From NCBI GenBank assembly GCA_002633005.1, contig NMRA01000208.1, forward strand, positions 62,001-126,000: a stretch of 64,000 bases of DNA. Direction: 5' to 3'. The first letter of the stretch is position 1. The number at the start of each line of letters is the position of its first letter. The DNA comes from Phoronis australis. Lineage: Eukaryota; Animalia; Phoronida. This document shows, one piece after another, positions 13,101-27,172 of the stretch. The notes under the pieces were generated by a model. It ran no database searches. It was not told where the DNA came from and saw nothing but the letters and a program-made list of their open reading frames with translations. Both the position numbers and the translations under genes were made by a program.

Positions 13101-15920
13101 ATAAAAGTCCACTTGACACATTGAAAGTATCACAGGTTAACTCGAATACATGTTAACGTAGAAGTAAGAAGATAATCAATATTTTCGAATTAAACAGTTA
13201 CTTCCGGTGGCTACCGTGGGATTTCTCATAACAGTTACTGGGAGACGAGTTCCATGTCACGTGACCGACGTCAGTTTTCATGCACGGTTTCACTGCCCGG
13301 ATGTCTTTCACACGAGAGACTAGCCTTGCCCAGGGACCGCCAATACAAATTTGAACAGTCATTGAAGTGTGTGATTATAGAATTAGGCTATAATAAAAGA
13401 TTTAAGTAAATGCTTTTAAAGACAGCACAGACGAAAAAATGACGAGGCTGGACAAGAGTTATGAAGATAGAATACTCGTGATACAGTGTTGGGATTTTTA
13501 AATAAATCCAATGAACTGAAACTTGTACTGCAATGCTAGTTTAATTTTAGTGTACGTGATAGCGAAGCTTTTTTAGGGCTTCGGTTTAATAAAGTACATC
13601 GTTGGTGTGCTTGCTACCAAATGCACCCAATGAACAAAATTTAACTATCGACGACAGATTACGTAAAATTACTGGTACTGTTTAAAGCAATCTCCCGAGT
13701 TGAATCCAAATGGTCACACTTCGCACGTAAGCCAACCGGTGTAGGTTTTATTGTAAGTCACACAAGTGCGCTGTAACCTTATATAGAACAATCACCGTTG
13801 AAGTAATGTTAAACACACGTTTCAACAGCAACTTGTCCTTCCAACCCTGTTCGTCATTTTAGTCCTAGCTGTGCCATACGAACGCTGCTCTTGCGCAACG
13901 TTGGAGGATTATCATTTTGAGCTGACAGTTAGTCTTCGCGGTAGGTTTGCACTGTTGTATGTGACACCAGGTATTGTTCCCAAAACTAAACGCGTTTCGT
14001 GGCATGTCGCGGTTGAATGTAACGCTGCAACATGATACACCAGCTGAGCCCATATTAATAAACGAATGTAGCACTGTGTAGGTTGTATGCTACGGCCTTG
14101 AAGCAGAAACGAGTCTATGATTTTGAGACCATGAAGTGTGTGAAAAATATCAGAATTGAATGAGTGAATGGTGACATTTAAAACAAGTGACTAATATTGT
14201 GACGGACCGCACCGCCACCGAACAGTGGACAGACAGTTTCCTGTTTTTCTGACGTAACCAAATGGAAGCGGTGCACCCCAGTGAGTTAAGATCATCATTG
14301 GTGTTCAAGTATTCATGCAAAAACAGCGAATCATTTCCGAACAATTAACTCTCAAGTTATTTCTAAGTCGTACAATTATTGACAATCAAACCACTAAGGA
14401 CCTTTTCTAAATAAACTATAGCAGGGCTCCTGTTTTGTCAGCACTTGCCGGAAGAAAAACAGTGAACAAATGCCAATTAATGTATAAAAGTCATGTTCAA
14501 AGCACAAGGTTGCCCCATTATGTACTTATGTTATAACCCTGAGAAACAGGTTCTCCATTGTTTTGCGAAGTATTGGCTGCAACTGCATGTGAAACATGGT
14601 GACATCCTGCTAACTACTACATACTGTGCACGTGAGATGTTGTGCTCGTGTCGGTAACGGTTCGAGACACAAACAACTCTTCCTCCTTCATTCCTTCCTA
14701 TTTAATACCTAAACACGAACAATCCTACAACAACGTAATTAGCTTTATAAACTGGTCTCATATTGTCCTACGATTTCAGAGATCATCTAAGCGACTCATA
14801 TTTCTATCAGTTGTACAACCTTGTCAGAATAGAGATTCTCTTTCACTTTCGTTGGGAATGACAATCTTTTGTTTATCATGGCATAGCAATGTTTTAGACG
14901 TATGTTCATTTACCTGCTTTTACATTTTACGTTTTAGTCGCTCAGCAAGAATGAAATATGTCTGGTGAAGATTATGAACTATGACTTGATAGAGGACTTT
15001 TGTTTCACTTTTAATTATATGATAATTGTGTCTGTCAACAATTATTTATGGTACATTCCTGTGTTCACTGCGCACTGAACCGCTTCTCCCCTCCTTCCGC
15101 CTCAGTCTTTCTGTGACAACATATCTACATCTGAGTCACCAAACAAGGAATAACAATATAAATAATGACGTTAATTTTTCGTGTGGTTCCAGTGTATGTG
15201 CAAAGTATGATTTGATTATTGCTAAAATGGCAAACTATGTGTGTTCAAAAGGAGACGGTACAGACGTTTGCCCGCGCAGCCTCGAAAGGATCCTGTTTCA
15301 GAGGTGGTCAAAAATGGAGACGTTTGCGGTTTGAGCTATGACAGTAAGGCGGCCCTGAGGCCATCATATTTAATAGTCATTTAATACCACTCTTCCGCTT
15401 GATTGATTTTAATCTACATATGTCTTTAAACGTTACCCCTGTTGGCAGTTATCGAAACATCTTTTTGTGCCTAATCTAGGGTTTCAACGTTTTGACTTTT
15501 AATGGGCACAAAAGTTTAGATACATATTTGTCCGGCGGGCCACTATATTTCCTATATAGCATGTCTGTATGTATTGTTTATATATCCAATTCAACACTGG
15601 AGGCGAAACGAAATGAAATAAAAAACTTGAAAAACAAGTTGCCGGAACCCGATATAATATTCGGCATGGGGTTTATTAATTTGGTTGTTTCATCTTTCTT
15701 ATAGTCTTCTCATATATCTTAATGTTGTGAGAAGGTAAGGCCTGGATGCTTGAGTTATCAATGAACTTATCAGAAAGGAGTATGTTCCTGTTGACAAACA
15801 GGGCCAGTCTCAGTAACATGTTGCGGAGCATTGTTATTCAGGAACAAACTCCTGTGATAACAATTTTACAGCTGATCCATAAAAAGACGAAAAAGTTTGA
15901 CACATTCACACCAGGAAGAC

Positions 15921-16155
15921 CTGGGTAGAGTTCAGAAGCGCTAGGATCTCGATAAAGAGCAAGACTTCGCAGTATTACGCGAGATATTACCGTGTATTTT
16001 AAATGAGAGCAGGCGTGCGTTCAGTAGACGCTAGGACCTACGCTAGGACCTAGCTAAAACCTTGTCAAAGTCACGTGTTCTCGTTTAAAATGCACGGCAA
16101 TATCTCACGTAATCTCGCGAAGTCTTGCTTTTTAGAGAGGTCCTGGCGTTACTGG
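15921..16155. mobile_element. MITE family A, copy 3 (longer, nearly fully palindromic form)
   Basis: ctgggtagagttcagaagcgctagg...; internal arms are inverted (aagagcaagacttcgc / gcgaagtcttgcttt). Confidence 0.7.
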
Positions 16156-18759
16156 AGGCAGGTCATTTCGGCTGGACCGGAAGATACCGAACCCTGTTTC
16201 AAAAACGGTGAAAGGTGCTGAGGACTCAAATCTAGGTTTTACAGAATAGTTCAAGGATTGTTGTGTGGCCCTAGGAATTCTGAATAAAAAGATAACGATA
16301 GGATCGGAGCGACACAATTCGGCTGAGCTGAAAAGTGTCATTTTCGTGGCACAATTTTTTTCCATGTATACCACGTGTATTTAAAGCGGTGCAGTAACTT
16401 ACGACATATATTCTATGTAAGAAAGTAGAGAGACGTCTTTTTTGTTTGACTATAATTTGAGATTTTGAAAAGGGTGATTGTAAACCACCTTTGCCCGTTT
16501 TGATTTCCCTTGTTAAATGAAAACCTCAGTAGGGCAGATTGTCTTTGGACGTTTTACAGCTGATAATATTCGAGTCCTCGAACGCATGTGTATTATGAAT
16601 GTGTTTGTGTTTGCGATAGTTTCGTTAGTTTCTACACGGAATAGAAATAAGCACTGTTCTGAAAACAGGTTTTACGGTCGTTGTGCGAGTCAAATCGATT
16701 TTCTCGAGTGGGTCTGAGTTGTCACGCAATATTCTTCTATTTAATCTTTGTTAGCACAAATGAGAATAGTTATCACGCAACGAACGCTCTTGTGAATTGA
16801 AAAGACAATTAGAAGGAATTACTGTCATGTCAGAGGTGCAGTCTCGTCTGGTGAGCTTGGTTTACCTGGTCAAGCCGTATTGTTAGTACATCGGATAACT
16901 CTTACCGTAATCCGGATTAAAAAAGCGCTAATTCGAAACGCAACTTGTAATAGCTAAAGCAGAATGCGATTAGGAAATTTTATAATACTCATTTCCAACT
17001 CAGGAATTTGTTTGTGTTTTTCCTTAGTGTTTATCCAAAGTATTTGCAAAGCAGAAATCAACGTCATAGAATAAGGAAACGATCAATGAGTTTTGAATTT
17101 TGATGCGTCACATCTGTGTTCACTGCAACCTCACTATTGTTTCAACGATTTTAATTAGCGAGCTAGGTGAAATATACAATCTGACAAATCAAGAGGGCAA
17201 GACCCTTGGCAATTTCATATAACATTCGTTGAAAGGGCTCAAGCATTTTTATAAATTTTACAACTTAATAAAATCATGATGCCATCGCAAGCAACAGAGC
17301 ACACGAGCACTAGTTACGATTATTTCACAAAATCGACATTTTGCATTTGTACCGGAAATTACAAGAGCTAGCGGATTGTCTCATAATCAAGATAAAAGAG
17401 CTTTCAAGAGCTTTTAGTCTAAAAATGCGAGAAATGTTAGTTTGACACGTCGATAAAAGAGATGTTGATGATGGTTATGTTACCTTTAATGTTATTTTTC
17501 ACAATGTGTCACGCTCAGTAAGGTCAAGGTTGCTGATCATTTGTAATTGTTATTTTGATATTCAAATTTGATCACGTTTATATGAAATACCATGACCTCA
17601 GCTTCTGTCCCTCATTTTTTCATCAATAACACTTTTAAAGGTGCGATGATGGAACTCAACAGTAGGGGTTAAACTATTGAATTACTTACTTCATGACATG
17701 GATCTGTTTAATAGCTTGTTTTCGTTTGTTTTGATTTTGCGTCGATCAGAAGAAATATTTCGAATTATGAAGTAAGGCCACAAAAATAGTTTTCCATAAC
17801 TTTACTTTGTTCAGGATGAAGTTCATAGCGTGCTGCTTTAGCGTGACCTCAAATATGTTTCATCTAGTTTAATTTGGTTGAATTACTTTCGATTTGTTAC
17901 AGTTGATAGAAAGCAGTTCTTGTGTGCCAGTCAGGTGTGTTACAGATATACCTTGTTCTGGGTTTGTATTCTTATTATGATACGCACTTCAGACGTGTCA
18001 CGTCTTGTACACTTTATTTTCTGTCCTCGTCGATGAACAGTGTGCCTCGTATCAACTTAAATGACCGTCATATTCTTTTTTGCCTTGAATGAAAATAGGC
18101 GATCTCTAGAAGACCGTACCTGCTGGACACTTTACGTCGGTCTAGGACTGGGAAAATACCGTATATTAAAACATTGCACACGAAAGGTAGTCCAACTAAA
18201 TCTGTTATCAATCGACTGAGAATGTGTTGAACCATTAAAAGACAAATCGCTTTACTGGGACGTGGGGAGAACGGACAGCATGATACAAATACGTGTAATC
18301 ATTTACATTTATTCACCTGAAAATCACCTGAGGCTTGTGTTTAAATAATGTTCAGTTCAGCCAGGTGAGCTGACATAGGCCCACCACTATCCTGCCGGCT
18401 AAGTAACCGTAAAAGTTAACGCTGTCGCTTATTAACTGAGGCGAGTTATAAATAAAAAGTGATTTAATCTCAAAGCTATAAAAACTGACATTGAGGGATT
18501 TCCACCTTGGAGAACAAGGATGTTTCCGAATGACCCAGTTCAGATTTGCTCGTTTCTTTGCTGAAGTGTAAATATTGACGATATGTAAGTCGGTGGTCTA
18601 TTTAATGCATATATCTTACCATACTGATGAGAGCGTGTAGAAATGACAAAGGCATGACGACACTCAATCATAAAATAGCTGAAAATTGGTATTTTCCATT
18701 CAAAAAAATATCTTGACTTAGTGTCACACACACACACAAACACAAACACACACATTTAC

Positions 18760-19014
18760 CTTTGTGTCTGTTGTAGTTATCTCTACTTTTCTACCCCCTG
18801 GCACTCTTTGGTCTCCCTGGAAAGTTTCATTCACCGCCAGATACATCGCCTCTGCTTGTAATTCTCCCCTGGTAGCGTACGGGCCCGAGAGGGGAAACAG
18901 ACCCAGTATATGAACTGTTTGGTTACCCGGGGTCACGTCCTCCGGCCGTATTGTCACAAGAAGTATAGCGAACCACACGAAGAATAAGCAAGACGTCCCT
19001 CCTTGCTTCACCAT
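18760..19014 (-). CDS. Venus-flytrap (ANF-receptor domain) receptor, GABA-B/class C GPCR-like; coding exon 1 (signal peptide and start of ectodomain)
   Basis: ATG at 19014; MVKQGGTSCLFFVWFAILLVTI signal peptide, then VHILGLFPLSG...AMYLAVNE...TDTK, typical of the first strand and helix of the VFT fold. Phase-0 donor AAG|GTAAAT at 18760/18759. Splicing to the next exon gives the GABA-B-like DTKC motif. Confidence 0.85.
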
Positions 19015-22000
19015 TTTTCATGTTAGAATGACGGACTCGCTCTAGCGTGTATGATTAACGAACTTCCCCTTTCTGGTTCTGTGGGCGATTTGTTCCCTTC
19101 ACGACGATAATATCTAAAGTAATTCTAATGTAGGAAACGTCTGCGGTCTTAAGAGTAGCCCGTAAATTTTGTAGCCTGAAAACTTCGTAAGCTTGAATAA
19201 GAGCAATATCCGATTGGGCGTTATCGTCCGACACTTGGCGAAGGGGCGCGAATTCTTATCACTATTAAAACATAATTTGAGTGGTTTACTCAACGGACGC
19301 TGTTGTTTGAATGACTAGTCAGTCAACTTGCTGATGTACACAAATCCGTCCGGAAACCATAAGCCATTATATTTCTGTAACAATCACAAAGACATTAAGA
19401 TTCCATGACATAAATAATTTCACACCAAATAACCTAAAAACTATTAGGCATATTTGTTAAATCAACTTTCTTAAAAAATGCACTCTCAATGATGTTGTGA
19501 ATGAACTCGTTCTCGTCAGCGTTTCTTTAAAAGATGGCGCACCTGACGGTCGAACACGATATCTAATTTTTAGCGAAGGTAACGTGTCGTTGATAGCCTC
19601 GTTTTCTTTCGAGTAAAAGTAATCCAGTCCATTCAGTTGTAAATTGCGAAACGTTATCCACCAATACGAAGCATTCTTTTTACACTGACAATCTTACCTG
19701 ACTACATACTAAACGTTCCACAGTTCAGCCCACTCAACCTGGTTCAATCTCAATTCCGTGATTAACGTACCTCGCCGAAATCGTGTCTCACTAGGCGACG
19801 TTTGAGGTAACCACAAGGTTTGTCGGGAACAACATGACGCGTTCCCGTCTATCAGCGAAGAACGATTATTAGTAATCCCCTGACCATTTTATCTCCAGGT
19901 AACCGCGGTATTCAGTTGAATCAATTTAACGCTTTGTAATTTGTGCTCCAGTGTTCCATCAACTATCTTGTTTATTTGATTGGCCAAGACCCTGTATGAC
20001 TACTGCACAATGTTGCGTTGTTGTTATTTCGGTGTCAAACTCGTGAAATGCTGAATTTTGAAAAAAGTTATGGGTTCCCAGTCTCAAGCTGCTGTTCAGC
20101 GTTTGTTGGAGGGTCAACTTAGACGCCACGTTTATCGCAGTCATCTTCACAAGTTTTCACGTCTCCGGATACTTGATGTAATCATGAGCAAAGAAAAGTC
20201 TAGGAAACCATTCTAGTAGATAAAGAAGTGTAAAGAATCGTGAACTCGATTCACCAGGTAATGCTTCATCAGCTCCTCATGCCACACTTCCGCTGTTGCC
20301 ATGGGAACACTGTCCGCGAAGTCATTTGTGAGAGGAAAGGACTTTCTAACTCCTCAAATATTAAAAGGCATTGCAGTGATTAGAGCTAAAAGCTTTCAAA
20401 ATATCTGTTTTACTGCATAGTTCCAAATCGTTGGCTTTACAGAATTACAAAAATCATTTATAATATACCTAGGTGGATTAAAAAGGGGAAAATGACCGTG
20501 CAGAACGATGGTTGAAATGATCCTGTTGTTGGATACGTATTCTCTAGTCACTCGGAGATCGCACAGCAAGTACTTTACTACGAAGGCAGTGCAGCCTTTC
20601 GTGGTGTCCCGAGGCTTGTGAACATCAGAAATTGGCGCCAACCTATATCAAATCGAATTCAATTTCGGAAAGACTTGTTGACCCGGCCAGTGAACTACAT
20701 GACCTTAGAAAATTGCAAAAGATTGACTTTTTAATGATGTGGATTCCGAATTTAATTAGCTGACGCTTGGTTACTTTCAAATACATCCAAGGTTTGGCTT
20801 TTATGTTGCTCCATTATCGCTATTGTAATTTTAATAAAAGGCGACCGTTGTTTGCCCTTTATCTGCATAGGTCAACAAAAAACGCACAGGGTACCATCAC
20901 CGCTCTCCAAATTTACATAGATTTCTACACATGAGCGGTTTTGTTATAAAATCGAGTCACCAATACATGTAAGAACCCTGTTGCCATGGTGTCGTGATGA
21001 CAGCCAATTTTTTAAACGGTAAAGTCGTTACTCACACCCTGAAACCACGTGACGGTCTTACATGTCTGCGAAACATCTCCACTTTAATAACTACGTTGCA
21101 AATGACTGGCCTCAAGTGGGCATTGTACGAGGTTCACTGACAGCAATACTCATTGTGATTCCTGTGTAAATCTCACACCACAACACATGTGATGAATGAC
21201 AACAAATATTTCACTCGACAGTAAACAGGCAAAAAAGGTTTGGGTCCCATGTACCTTTCGGTGCATTAGTTATCCCCCTGTACTACCGTATTGTGTGGCA
21301 CTGGAACAGGTATGTGTGTTGTGGTGCATATTCTGCACATTTTCTTACAAAATTTTCTTAGATTAGTACTTTGGAAATCCTGGATTTAATTCCAAAGTCT
21401 GGGGATCGGTGAGATATTTTAGAAAGGTAAATAAAACCTACTACAATGCCTTCTTGAAATATTTTTCATCATTAATCTTTTATTGCAAAAGAATTACTCA
21501 TTTTTGACAACTCGTACTGTTTCAGGTTTAATAGGTTAACAATTCAAATATCCAGGAATATGTGAGAAGGTGTGACGTTTCTGTAAAAAAAACTCAAAGA
21601 AGAAAGACAGAGTAACGTTTTCATGAAAGGTCCCTCAGTTCAAGAGAATATTTTTGTGTCTTCAAGTTGTGGTGGATATTTTAATGTTTCAACGACACTC
21701 CTGGATTCCTGCATACTCTACTTAACAGGACAAAGAGCCCGTATATGCTGGCTCCTAGGCTGAGATAAGTGTTGTTGAAATAACAACCTGAATTAAAACT
21801 ATGGAACTTGAAATTAATAGATCAATAATCAAAGCATTTGCTTTTATGATTTCAAATGACCATAATGATTACTATTTGTTTCAAGCAAATGGCAACTGAC
21901 ATAATTTCTTTGCTTCATTTTTTATGTTTTCTATTTTGACTTTTGCTCAGCTTAGACAAATTAGTTGCTCTCCACCATCTCTACACAACAGTACATATTG

Positions 22001-24646
22001 CGATAGTGCAAGAACAGTTGAAACATTACCTGCAAATGTGTAGCATCATATCGTTGACAATGTAATGGTCGAACAATCTAATCACATTCATCAAGATCAC
22101 ATACCGATCGGGTACAATCCGAGACGAGTACAACCACGGTTCTGTTGAACCGACGACGGCGAATACGTACACGTAAATCCGTTTTGCACAAATATGTTCG
22201 AACAAAGGCTCATATCTAATAATACAACCGTTGTAAGTCAGGGGGTTTGAATCCGATTAAACAGATCTATATCCGTGAAACAAGCCGGCTCAAACGCAGG
22301 TATGAACAAAGTGAGAAGTGTATGCCATTGGTGCTCCACGTTTGTCGTGTAAATTTGATTTAGGAGTCCTAAGAAAGGCGCTAACGAGACTGTAATTGAT
22401 TGTATTTTTGTTATGACTTAACAGGCAAATGACTGAATGACCAGCCTATTGACAATTTGGGAAAGAATTGAAAGAAAACTTAGAAGTTAACTTACCTATA
22501 ATTGGAGAGTAAGCATCGCTTGTGTTAGCTTCCCCGAGGGAGGAACCGTCATGTCGAACATTCGAACAAATCCGGAGGGCAAGCTGCGTGACTGGGCCTC
22601 TGCACAGTGTTATACTGAAGATTGTGAGCGTCTCACCCAGAGACCTCTAGAGAGTATTGTCAATAAACTGTGGATTACGAGTTCCTAAAGATGTCTTTGA
22701 TCAAACAGGATTAGTAGGTTTCCAAATATTGATTTGAATAAATAATTATGAAATATTCGCGTGGGTTATTGAATTTTGTATAAATCTGTCACTAATCCAA
22801 CAAGACTAATTGAATTAAAATTCACAATCGTAAACGAGATGTAAAGCGTTTGAATCTTAACATCCGTTTTTATACCAATAAGCGCCGACTAACAAAGCTG
22901 TTTACTGGTTGTTTAAATATCTGTTACGAAATCAGGCTTGGTGCCGCGGGCCGTCAGGACGCAGGCCCACAGGTCAAGCTTCGGACCACCAGTTCCCGGC
23001 CAGAGGTCAAGATACCGCTATTGTTGCACGATGACTGCTTTAAAATCTTCACAAGTTTTGCCATTGATGCAGTCTCTTTTTCTTTCAAACAGTGAGTTTT
23101 AACTCGCTTAAAATGAGCGAATTAGTGTATTATGTTAATTTCTAGTGTCACGTGACACTGCCCTTCGTTGTACGCCTGATAACATCTGTCATTCTTGTCG
23201 CATATATTGAACATAACCTGCAATTAACTGTCCGGGTTCTAAGTTCAGAGAATGGTCAACCTTTGTAGAGCTTTCTTTTATGATTTGTTCGACCTCGTGT
23301 AACTGAATTGGGTTCAACTAATTTGTTGTCACACCTGCAGCGCCAAGTTTCTAAAGCATTACGATGACGTGAGATTGATTTTCTATCATGATTTTTAAAC
23401 ACGACATGTCGGGGACACCGGAGCGAGTACATCCCTCCCCCTCCTTTATCCAGTCGAATATCACGCAATTCCGCATACTAAAATCAAAAATTAAAGTGAA
23501 TCTTTTAGCCCTGTTGATTTTAAGCAGATATTGTCGGGAAAGTTGTTTTTGGTTCCACCTTGACATGTTCTTTTTTCTAATTATAAGGTTCAAGTTCAAT
23601 AAATCGAAAGTAAAGTATGACAAAAACATCTATAACGTCTTTATTAGTCTGGTCAGAATCTTTTCATGTGTTTTATTAGGTTTTGACTTTCCAAGCAGGT
23701 ACGAACTCGCCCTGGGGACCGAAATCATCCTAGGCCGCTGCGAGTTCGCTCTTTTTCAAAATACACCCTTGGTTCTGCATTTGCATGTGAAACATCGTCA
23801 TGGATTTGTTCCAAATTTTCGAATGCTATTCGTGTAGCAGGTTCAGCTGTATAAATTCGCGCATATTTGGCAGGCAGCAGTTGAGCGCCATCTTTCGAAT
23901 ACTAGAAACCTACTGGAACACAGCGCCACCTGTGTACATCGGCCAAACATCGTTAGTCCATTTACCAGTCTTGAAACCGGCAGAGTGGGTATGTTTTACC
24001 ATTCAAAAGTGATTATTTTTTCCAATAAACCTCATTCAACTTTTGTTGCCTTTGTAGTTTTGGAGCTATCTATAGTTAATGACAGTTTACTGCACTTCCT
24101 TTTCTGTTTTTCATCATGAAGAGCAGTTTTGTATTCTTAACATTTCAGTGAAATTGTAAAAATCTTGAATTTTTCCTGTGTGATCTGGTTAAGGGCAGTG
24201 GTTAGAAATACGTCACTTTCGAATTCACAATTTTAGGGTTGGCTATTTTCTCAATGAACACTGAAGCGTGCGTCATATTGGTGACGGATGTAGAACAATA
24301 TCACGGCAAGGAATGTTATAATGATCGATTTTGAGAATAAAAGGCCAAATTTGATTTTCATTTTTCCTCAGCTAAACAGTGCGAAATCCAATTCATCCAA
24401 TAACCAGCTGAGTTAACAAGTGTCTCACTAAGCAGCTTAGCAGGTGTTTAAATATAACCTTCTCGTATGTCCAACTGTTGTAAACTCGCCTTCCTTCAAA
24501 CTAGCAACTTTTGATATAAGCCACTTGATCGCTGTAAAGCTGGTCCAAACCGGAAGCGATGGCGGTACGTTCGAGACTGGGAACCTGACGAAGAAAACTT
24601 GTTATGGAGACAAGTTTAAAGTAATGACGATCTGCCAGTTCTTCTC

Positions 24647-24738
24647 AATACCGGTCAGGCATCACATGGTAACCGAATATCGGTCAGGCATCACTTGGTA
24701 ACGGAATACCGGTCAGGCATCACTTGGTAACGGAATAC
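24647..24738. repeat. 29-bp tandem repeat, ~3 copies
   Basis: aataccggtcaggcatcacttggtaacgg x3 with minor variants. Confidence 0.9.
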
Positions 24739-26197
24739 TCGGAGCCCAACCATTGATAATAAGTGGCCTACATCCAAAGTAATTTTAAGAAGCGTTTTTA
24801 GCAATTTTAAAGATCTTAACAGTTTCTTATGAAATAAATAGGGCCTGGTGTGACAGTTTATCACACTTGAAAACAACTCGCGGCTAACAGCAGTGTACAA
24901 TGTAATTAAATGAATTTACATAATTTACACCTCAGAAAAAAATGTCTTGCTCTTTACGCAAACGAGAAGGCACTGAACATTTGGTCGCATGTGCATTCAA
25001 ACGCAACAAATGAAAACTCGCTAAAATGGGCCATGTTCTGGGATTGCCTTATTTGGTTGGTCTTGTGTGAATAATCGATGCAAGAATTCCGAGTTCGTTC
25101 AAGCTATCTAAAGATAGCAAGAGGTCATATTTGTGGGGATTGAATACAGAAATTTGTTAGACAGCAATGACCAAGTACAATATACATCTGAATCCGCTCA
25201 CGGTTGCAAGCTTATAAACCATAGGTCTAGATTTGTAGAGTGACCCGAAAGTCTCAAGTTGACTCATTCCAGATATTAAGAACAAGTGTGATTTTAGTTG
25301 CAACACAACTGAGATACTCGCCATATTAGACCAGGCAAATGTGGATTGGTTTAAAGTGCACACACTTGAAGATTTAATACGTACTTTGAATGAAATGATT
25401 GGGCGATGAGATGCAGACCATTGTCAAGCGTCAGTGACAATCCACAAAGCCTCAAACTTTGACGGTATCGTCAAACTAGTTAAATTTATTCCAAATGTTA
25501 TCAGCGCGGGAAATCTAATGCACAAGCTTCGCTTTTCCTCATAACGTACGAAAACTGAGACGAAATCTTGAATCCAGAGAGCAGGGTTCCACGTCCACAT
25601 CCTGTCGATGATATCGCCGGATGTTTTCTAATAGACAATTGCCCCACAGTGCATTTGAAAAACGACAGCAGCGCCACTGATGAAAACTCCTCAAATGAAA
25701 TAAACTATTTTCCCTGAAAGGGAGAGCCTCTCGTAAAACGGTTAGGCATGGCACTGCCTTGTTATATTTTTAGGATTCTCCCAACACAAATTAGTTTTTA
25801 ATTTTAAATGCTTTTACAACATTTATCGCGACATTATGCCTTGAAACTGATCCAAAAACACAAATTGTTTTATAAATAATAGGTGTTAAAAAGACAGAAT
25901 ATTTGTTGTAGTTTTCTGTCACCGTGGAACTCATGATTCTCCTGAAGACAGCTGAAACGTCATCTGTGACGCGGCGTGTACATTCAACTAGTGAAACAAT
26001 GTATTCTAAGAGACCCTGTACATGCCGTGCGCGTTGTGCAGGTAGTTTTCTCTTGGGCACCCGTCTCGTGTATGACCAGCTGCGATCTGGGCTGCTTTAA
26101 ATAGCTTCGGAAGCTCCAGCTGATTAGCTTATCTTTTTCACGATACGAATGCAGATGAAACATCTCTCGCGGCATGTAAATTGTACACAGATTCGAC

Positions 26198-26600
26198 ATG
26201 AAGAGAAACACAGTTCTCGCTTTTGCTATAATGATTTGGATTTTATTCATCGCAATATTATTGATGTCACGAAACTGTGTGTACAGATGGCGGCCATATC
26301 TTGAATGTTTGAAAATGTCCACGGCAAATCAGACGACACAAAAGTTCCAAAACCAGGACATTGAGAAACCGTACACCAATATCGGGAGAGACGGCGAGAA
26401 TGATGATGAACCAGACACATCTGAGTACTACCAGGACGATAAAGACGACTACAATGACGAAAGCTCGCACACGCTGGAAAAGTTTACCCAAGTTTTGTCT
26501 ACGAAGATGCGTAGGGAATTTACCACGCTTATTAGGAAGTTTGATAGGTTGATGACAAACGCTAATCTTACTTATTTCCTAATAGCTGGGAGTCTTTTAG
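26198..26600 (+). CDS. LicD/fukutin-family phosphotransferase (type II membrane protein), exon 1
   Basis: ATG, short basic tail, hydrophobic anchor (VLAFAIMIWILFIAILLM), acidic stem, then YFLIAGSLL. Donor G|GTACGT at 26600/26601, phase 1. Confidence 0.9.
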
Positions 26601-27146
26601 GTACGTACTTGTAGTTTTACAGGTGCCTTACACTTGTCGCTGTTTATTGACAATAGGTGGAGTTACCGGGGTCTCAAATCTTTGTTTCGTGACACCACAG
26701 AGAAACGTTGCCAGCTGTGAAACATCTTTAAGTTAGGATTTATTCACCTCTTTCATGAACGCGGGGCGCTGCTGTCGTGTTGATCGAAAACCAGGCGCCT
26801 TGACAAACATGGCATCGTCCTGCAAGGTGTTGTGGTCAAAAGACTTATCAACGTTACCAAAAATCAAGTCTCTGATGTTGAATCGATCTCCAAAAAGCAT
26901 ACCAATACTTACGGCAACAAGTCTTTTACCCTACTCAGCCATATTCCTTAGTAGTTTCCCTCTTTTGAAAAAGTGTGGCAGTCAGGGATATACCCAGGCT
27001 TTTAGTCATGAAAAACCCTGCTCGCCAGCTCTACTCGCCAAGCCCGAAGTTCGGTCACCCGGCCGTTGGCGCCAGTCACCACAAACTTGCTGCTAATTTA
27101 AACAAAAATCATCGTTTCGTGCACTGATGTCACCATCTATTAGGGC

Positions 27147-27172
27147 TACCGTATTCGCTCTAATAAGCGCCC
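27147..27172 (+). mobile_element. Isolated Tc1/mariner (Tc2/pogo-like) terminus in the LicD intron
   Basis: TA|CCGTATTCGCTCTAATAAGCGCCC resembles CCGTA-type TcMar TIRs. The partner end was not found. Confidence 0.4.

Noticed and set aside
22922-23184. Possible solo LTR (TGTTAC...ATAACA)
   Set aside because: No target-site duplication and no second copy in the window.
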